DNA of 29,510 bases from a virus, in the IMG/VR virus record IMGVR_UViG_3300025830_000002, one strand, 5' to 3'. Both the position numbers and the translations under genes were made by a program. Shown one piece after another: positions 25,776 through 29,510 of this stretch (the stretch's first letter is position 1; every line of letters starts with the position of its first letter). The notes beneath the pieces are model-generated. The model had not been told where the DNA came from and ran no database searches. It saw nothing but the letters and a program-made list of their open reading frames with translations.

Positions 25776-26045
25776 TTATTTCATTTGTCGTTTTAGTTCA
25801 CGGCTTTCAATTTCGTTTTTTTGTTTGACGAAAGATAAATATGTGAGACATTTAGTAAGTCCGTATTTTGTAACTGTGTCAAATTTTGTAAGGTCGTTGC
25901 CAGAGAGTCCATATATACTTGAATACCAACCCCATTGTTTGCCAAACTGAACTCTTTCTGAAAATTCGTTAAATCCTTCGTCTTCATCAGTTCGTTCTTC
26001 AAATAAGTTAGAGTAGCTTGTAACAATTCGCTTCCTAAACTCCAA
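25776..26045 (-). CDS. -1 frame extension of the chaperone gene (predicted 252-aa fusion: residues 1-163, then LEFRKRIV...RQMK)
   Basis: An 89-codon open frame begins exactly at the U9 run, with no ATG (the track start is a TTG inside the run). It ends 2 nt before the next gene's ATG. The sequence looks protein-like (...FGKQWGWYSSIYGLSGNDLTKFD...). Confidence 0.5.
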   Translation of the reverse strand: MEFRKRIVTSYSNLFEERTDEDEGFNEFSERVQFGKQWGWYSSIYGLSGNDLTKFDTVTKYGLTKCLTYLSFVKQKNEIESRELKRQMK

Positions 26046-26533
26046 AAAAAAACACTTGCACTTATTGCAACATCTAAAGGCGCAAACTTCATCAAGTCCT
26101 GCATATCTTCGTTTGGCTCGTATTCTATTATAGAATACTTGTCTTTGTGCTTTTCTTTTATCGGCCTAAACATTACTGCCATTGCCTTGTGATATGTACT
26201 CCAATCTTTTAAGTGATGTTCTAAATCAACATATTCTCCGAAGCTGATGTTTTCCAGATTAGGAATAAATCCAAATTCTATGTTTTTTATTTTAAAGTTT
26301 CGTATTAGTTGTGGCTTTTCACTAAACACTTCTGTAAAGTGCTTGATTAATCCGTTTAAATCTTTTAGTTTAATCTTTGCAACTTCTCCTAATTGTAAGC
26401 CACAAAATATCTGTATCATTTTATTTGCAATCAGTTCTTCGTCGTTACTCTTTTCTTTCATAGCTACAAACTCTTGATACCTTGATAGTGGTATTTCAGA
26501 TAGTGAATTTGGCAGCAGTATATCTAACTTCAT
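25793..26533 (-). CDS. Tail assembly chaperone-like protein, zero-frame product (246 aa)
   Basis: ...ISFGEYVDLEHHLKDWSTYHKAMAVMFRPI... resembles tail-assembly-chaperone families. It contains the slippery run G-UUU-UUU-UUG at codons 161-164. Confidence 0.55.
   Translation of the reverse strand: MKLDILLPNSLSEIPLSRYQEFVAMKEKSNDEELIANKMIQIFCGLQLGEVAKIKLKDLNGLIKHFTEVFSEKPQLIRNFKIKNIEFGFIPNLENISFGEYVDLEHHLKDWSTYHKAMAVMFRPIKEKHKDKYSIIEYEPNEDMQDLMKFAPLDVAISASVFFWSLGSELLQATLTYLKNELMKTKDLTNFQKEFSLANNGVGIQVYMDSLATTLQNLTQLQNTDLLNVSHIYLSSNKKTKLKAVN
26044..26052 (-). other. Slippery homopolymer (U9 on mRNA; U UUU UUU heptamer in the zero frame) for -1 frameshifting or transcriptional slippage
   Basis: The plus strand has A9 at 26044..26052. 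The zero frame reads GUU UUU UUU UGG, and the -1 frame continues UUG GAG UUU AGG.... Confidence 0.6.
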
Positions 26534-26535
26534 AA

Positions 26536-26548
26536 TATAATAACTTTT
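26536..26548 (-). repeat. 13-mer AAAAGTTATTATA, copy 3, ending 2 nt before the ATG at 26533
   Basis: Exact 13-mer shared with 15073..15085 and 18587..18599. An AAACACGAA motif (26551..26559) lies directly upstream. Confidence 0.9.
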
Positions 26549-26566
26549 TTTTCGTGTTTTTGTACT

Positions 26567-27727
26567 TTACAGAATATTATAACTTCCGTAATTCTTATTC
26601 ATTCCTAACGTTTCCATCTCGTGATAACGTACTGCATCTATTGCGTGATTGAAATTATCTACAGGTTTGTTTAAACGTTTTCCTGTCTTGTCTGTGTCCC
26701 AGCAATAACTCCTTAATTCTTTAATTAGGCTGGTGCTATTAGAAGTAACTAAATAGTTTTCACGTTGCATAACATCAATACCGTAGTTTATAGAGTCCCT
26801 GCCCTTTGTTACTCCTTTTATTGTTATGCCATACCGTTGTATATCTGCTATACTTTTTGGCTCTGCTGAATCTGCATAACACGGCACGTTGCTTGGAAGT
26901 ATTTTTGCTATGTCGCTATTTAATAATCCTGTTTGATAGGTTACTTCGTTTAGTATTCGTGTTTCGTTATGTTTGTACACTTCAATAATACTTGTAGGGT
27001 CGTTTGTATATCCAAAGTCAATTCCTATGCCTATCAATCTTGCTTCGTCTGGTATTGTATCAATCTGTTTCCAATTACTAAATACAACGCCCTCTAATTG
27101 CCCCATCTCGCCATCTACATAAACACGTACCCAGTTCTTCCAATAGTTGCTTGTAGCTGCTTTCTTTATGTTCTTTTCTATCTGGCTTATGATTCCGTTA
27201 TCAAGTGCTTCGTTGTCTTTGTAAGTAAGTATTATCTTTTCTGCATCTTCTTGGTCTTCTATTTCTGTTTGTACCCAAAATTCAGCAGTTGGATTGTAAT
27301 CAAGAAATACTTCGTTTTTTGTACGTATTGAAAGTTCGTTGTAAGATTCAAAGCTTACACTATTGCACTCGTTTATGTAAAGTATTGTACGTCTACCACC
27401 ACGAAGTTTACTTGAATCGTCTGCACTAAAAAATTCTATAAAACTGCCGTTTGCAAATTCGTATTTTAGTAGTGACTTGTTAAATCTGTCATCTACAAAC
27501 CTGTTGATAGATTTCATAATCTTTACAAAATCTCTTAAAGCACCTCTTCTCAAGTGTGGAATAGATTCAGATACAACGCTTATTTCTGTGTTAGGTGTTT
27601 TGGCTGCACGGTCTATTAAGATAGGAAGTATGCCGTATGTCTTTCCTGCTGATGTTCCACCTTGAACTATCTTAATCCGTTTTTTTAACGCAAGTATTTT
27701 ATTTATTGCCGTTGTTCTTTGAAACAT
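26567..27727 (-). CDS. terL: Terminase large subunit
   Basis: 386 aa with Walker A VQGGTSAGKTYG, a Walker B-like ...RTILYINE..., and a C-terminal RNaseH-like nuclease region (...GIGIDFGYTNDPT..., ...YADSAEP..., ...HAIDAVRY...). Confidence 0.88.
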   Translation of the reverse strand: MFQRTTAINKILALKKRIKIVQGGTSAGKTYGILPILIDRAAKTPNTEISVVSESIPHLRRGALRDFVKIMKSINRFVDDRFNKSLLKYEFANGSFIEFFSADDSSKLRGGRRTILYINECNSVSFESYNELSIRTKNEVFLDYNPTAEFWVQTEIEDQEDAEKIILTYKDNEALDNGIISQIEKNIKKAATSNYWKNWVRVYVDGEMGQLEGVVFSNWKQIDTIPDEARLIGIGIDFGYTNDPTSIIEVYKHNETRILNEVTYQTGLLNSDIAKILPSNVPCYADSAEPKSIADIQRYGITIKGVTKGRDSINYGIDVMQRENYLVTSNSTSLIKELRSYCWDTDKTGKRLNKPVDNFNHAIDAVRYHEMETLGMNKNYGSYNIL

Positions 27728-28130
27728 CTGGAAAAAGTGGTTGCTCTATATTCGTTTGTTCTATCTGTTCTTTTAGGCTATTTAATCGTGCAGTAATGCT
27801 TGGATTGTATTGGCCTACCATACCACCTTTGATTTGATCGTCGCGTATTTCTTTGCGTATACGTGTAGAGATAGTACAGAAATCTTCGTATCTCTTTTCT
27901 GTATTCTCTAAATAATGCTTTGCCGTGAAGTTAAATTTCTTGTGACAGTATAGTTCAAAGCCCTCTATTGTTAGTGGAACTTCTAATGGTTCTCCTACCA
28001 TATCTCCTGTTCTTTGGTTTAGGTGATATTTAAATCTTGGATTCGTTTTTGTGTAGGTTTTGTATGCGTCAAAAATGTCTTCTAATTCTTGTGCGTCTTT
28101 TAGTGATTTAGGTCTTCCTTTTTTTGCCAT
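27699..28130 (-). CDS. terS: Terminase small subunit
   Basis: 143 aa. MAKKGRPKS..., ...PLTIEGFELYC... and a C-terminal ...GGMVGQYNPSITARLNSLKE... resemble Terminase_2-type small subunits. It overlaps the terL start. Confidence 0.65.
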   Translation of the reverse strand: MAKKGRPKSLKDAQELEDIFDAYKTYTKTNPRFKYHLNQRTGDMVGEPLEVPLTIEGFELYCHKKFNFTAKHYLENTEKRYEDFCTISTRIRKEIRDDQIKGGMVGQYNPSITARLNSLKEQIEQTNIEQPLFPDVSKNNGNK

Positions 28131-28134
28131 CTTA

Positions 28135-28566
28135 TTAATCTTCGTAAGTTTCGTATACTTTTTTAATTCTGTTGTTTATATCTCTTAAACAACTTGCACA
28201 CGTTGTATATTGTTGTTTAGTTCTGAATACTCTATTGTAAATTACTAATAAATCACGTTGTTCACTTGGCTTCATTCTATTGCTATCTTTTGAAAACCAT
28301 TCTTTTAAATATTCGTATTCGTCTTTTTGTAGGCACTCGGCTTTAAATCTTCTTGGAAATAATGCGTTTAATTTTTCTTTACGTTCTTCACATCCACAGT
28401 CATCTCCTGCCAACCATTTAATAGCTTTCTTTATTCCTGTCGCTTCTGTTACCTTTTCGATAACGTCGCCTAAACCCTCAACAGGTTGCTGCTTCTTCCA
28501 GTCTTTGTATTCTTTAGATCGTTTATCTAATCCTAAATAATATTCTTCGTTTTTTTCCATAATCAA
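28135..28566 (-). CDS. Hypothetical Cys-containing protein, 143 aa
   Basis: Contains ...GLGDVIEKVTEATGIKKAIKWLAGDDCGCEERKEKLNALFP... and ...CASC.... I cannot assign a family. Confidence 0.5.
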   Translation of the reverse strand: MIMEKNEEYYLGLDKRSKEYKDWKKQQPVEGLGDVIEKVTEATGIKKAIKWLAGDDCGCEERKEKLNALFPRRFKAECLQKDEYEYLKEWFSKDSNRMKPSEQRDLLVIYNRVFRTKQQYTTCASCLRDINNRIKKVYETYED

Positions 28567-29096
28567 ATTAATTCGTAATCTTCGTTTTTATAGTCTTCGT
28601 AATCTTCATTCAGATTTTCTTTTAGTTTTCCTTTGCAGTATTTTATTGTTTGAAATATACTACTTGTACTTATTCGTGTTTCATCAGCAAGTTCACGCAT
28701 TGACATACCACTATCAAAATAGTGTTTAAATAACATCTCATCGTACCAATGCCACGTTTCTGCTTCTTCTTTTACTCGTTTAATTAAACCACTAAAGGCT
28801 TCTTCTTTTGAAATATAATCATAAGTTACGCCAATATCTTTACGTTCTTCTATATTAACCATCTGGTGCTTGTTTCGTTCCTTTGTCAAATCTTTAAATA
28901 TGTTTCTTAAAGTAAAGTGTATGTATGCACGGTTAAGTGTTCCGTTTTTTTGTATAACCTTTTCCCTGTCTGCATACTTGTGTAATCTTATGTACATTTC
29001 TTGAACTATATCTTCTGCGTAGAAGTCTTCTCCGTAGCTTTGTACGATTCTTAAATAGTCAGCGTGAAATTTAGCAACTTCTTTTAACCAGTTCAT
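28563..29096 (-). CDS. Sigma-70 family (ECF-like, regions 2 and 4 only) RNA polymerase sigma factor candidate
   Basis: 177 aa. ...AEDIVQEMYIRLHKY...NRAYIHFTLRNIFKDLTK... is region-2-like. The C-terminal HTH ...MSMRELADETRISTSSIFQTIKYCKGKLKENL is region-4.2-like. Confidence 0.55.
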   Translation of the reverse strand: MNWLKEVAKFHADYLRIVQSYGEDFYAEDIVQEMYIRLHKYADREKVIQKNGTLNRAYIHFTLRNIFKDLTKERNKHQMVNIEERKDIGVTYDYISKEEAFSGLIKRVKEEAETWHWYDEMLFKHYFDSGMSMRELADETRISTSSIFQTIKYCKGKLKENLNEDYEDYKNEDYELI

Positions 29097-29111
29097 TGAT
29101 TAGATATTAAA

Positions 29112-29119
29112 CAAATGTA
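29112..29119 (-). promoter_or_regulatory. Candidate Bacteroidota-type -7 promoter box TACATTTG (TAnnTTTG)
   Basis: It lies in the 126-nt gap after the SSB terminator, 15 nt upstream of the sigma-like gene ATG (29096). I see no clear -33 TTTG. Confidence 0.3.
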
Positions 29120-29172
29120 ACGATTATTTTCTAATAGTGTATAGACGAAGTTTTTAACGAAACGTTGTGAAT

Positions 29173-29199
29173 AAAAAAAAGCACCTCTTTCAAAGTGCT
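29173..29199 (-). terminator. Rho-independent terminator after the SSB-like gene
   Basis: The minus strand reads AGCACUU-UGAAAG-AGGUGCU (7 bp with one G-U pair) followed by U8, 24 nt after the stop codon at 29223. Confidence 0.7.
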
Positions 29200-29222
29200 T
29201 CTTCCGTTTTATAGTTTATAAT

Positions 29223-29480
29223 CTAAAAAGGCAGATCGTCTAAATCTGATCGTTGTGCATCGTGCTTCGCGTCTTCGTTGCCACCAGCTTCAACTTCTGC
29301 TTGGTACGGCTTACTAAACTTTGCACTAAAATACTTTACTCCACTTTTACTTTCGTTTAGCCATAGTGCCACTTCTTTTTCTACACCATCAATAACGGCC
29401 TTACCTTTGTAATCTGGTTGTGTTTCCGTTTTTTTGTAATCGTTTTTAAAGATTGCACCTGTGTTGTTCTTTTGTTCCAT
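29223..29480 (-). CDS. Miniature SSB-like protein (DUF736-like OB core plus acidic SSB C-terminal tip), 85 aa
   Basis: The C-terminus ...RSDLDDLPF matches the conserved bacterial SSB tip (DDDIPF/DDDLPF). The core ...TGAIFKNDYKKTETQPDYKGKAVIDGVEKEVALWLNESKSGVKYFSAKFSKP... parallels the DUF736 pattern. It sits next to the Erf/Exo/NinG module across the circular junction. Confidence 0.55.
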   Translation of the reverse strand: MEQKNNTGAIFKNDYKKTETQPDYKGKAVIDGVEKEVALWLNESKSGVKYFSAKFSKPYQAEVEAGGNEDAKHDAQRSDLDDLPF

Positions 29481-29510
29481 AACTTAATCTATTGTTTTAC
29501 TTATTATATA
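29384..29510. repeat. Exact 127-nt copy of the window start (1..127)
   Basis: See the feature at 1..127. Confidence 0.95.

Noticed and set aside
25776-26045. Reading the 89-aa ORF as an independent gene starting at TTG
   Set aside because: The proposed TTG lies inside the U9 run, and there is no ATG. The frame opens exactly at a perfect slippery heptamer. Expression as a -1 fusion, or through transcriptional slippage, is more parsimonious.
335-28540. All plus-strand ORFs in the track (for example 335..652, 1389..1604, 3030..3215, 3225..3500, 4438..4806, 7078..7266, 9329..9511, 10577..10876, 11366..11584, 11677..11895, 12473..12679, 13116..13418, 13825..14040, 15498..15683, 16156..16407, 16528..16722, 17178..17459, 17879..18079, 18781..19080, 24380..24571, 26247..26477, 26806..26988, 27098..27331, 27477..27665, 28280..28540)
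   Set aside because: Each lies antisense within a well-supported minus-strand gene. Their translations are low-complexity and F/L/S/C-rich, and they have no motifs. They are shadow ORFs of the coding strand.
101-29480. RHH protein plus the downstream 85-aa protein as a toxin-antitoxin pair
   Set aside because: The gene order and sizes fit superficially. However, the 85-aa protein has an SSB-type DDLPF tip and a DUF736-like core, not a RelE/ParE/MazF-like sequence.
1-29510. Search for CRISPR arrays, integrase/excisionase, CI-like repressor, reverse transcriptase (DGR/retron), tRNAs, transposases
   Set aside because: I recognise none on either strand. The genome looks like a strictly unidirectional lytic phage without mobile-element insertions.

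Overview
The window is a complete tailed dsDNA phage genome (Caudoviricetes). Its first 127 nt are identical to its last 127 nt, so the unique unit is 29,383 bp and circularly closed or terminally redundant. All convincing genes are on the minus strand, tightly packed with many ATGA/TAATG overlaps. I see no integrase, repressor, tRNA or CRISPR array. In transcription order (high to low coordinates) the genome reads as follows.
- A mini SSB-like gene with its own terminator.
- A sigma-70/ECF-like factor, then TerS and TerL.
- A tail-assembly-chaperone-like gene with a U9 slippery run and two long overlapping C-terminal frames.
- Head-tail and tail proteins and a tape-measure-like protein.
- An XkdF-like protease, scaffold and major capsid protein.
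- A portal with a MuF-like C-terminus, then a tail fibre and a LamG-domain protein.
- A full diderm lysis cassette (small membrane protein, holin, amidase, u-spanin) and a metallophosphoesterase.
- An early/replication module: small ORFs, a DnaA-C-like HTH protein, a ParB-N6/N4 methyltransferase, a small PD-(D/E)XK nuclease, a replication organiser-like protein, a DnaB-like helicase and a C5 methyltransferase.
- A recombination module: NinG, Erf, Exo and a 42-aa RHH protein.

Low GC, absent Shine-Dalgarno sequences and TAnnTTTG boxes in the large intergenic gaps suggest a Bacteroidota (Flavobacteriia-like) host.

The main second-look signals are:
1. A strongly strand-biased, frame-independent motif, AAACACGAAT. 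The 9-mer core occurs at least 16 times and the 7-mer core at least 25 times on the coding strand, against 2 on the other strand. It is enriched just upstream of start codons.
2. A 24-nt element carrying this motif, repeated 23/24 inside two unrelated genes in different reading frames.
3. A -1 frameshift or slippage site giving two chaperone isoforms of near-equal size with about 250 nt of dual coding.
4. A phage sigma-like factor.
5. An 85-aa SSB-like protein with a DDLPF tip.
6. An AT-rich nuclease gene translationally coupled to the ParB-methyltransferase.
7. A pseudoknot-capable terminator-like leader in front of the replication genes.

All functional calls come from motif recognition by eye. 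No database search was run.
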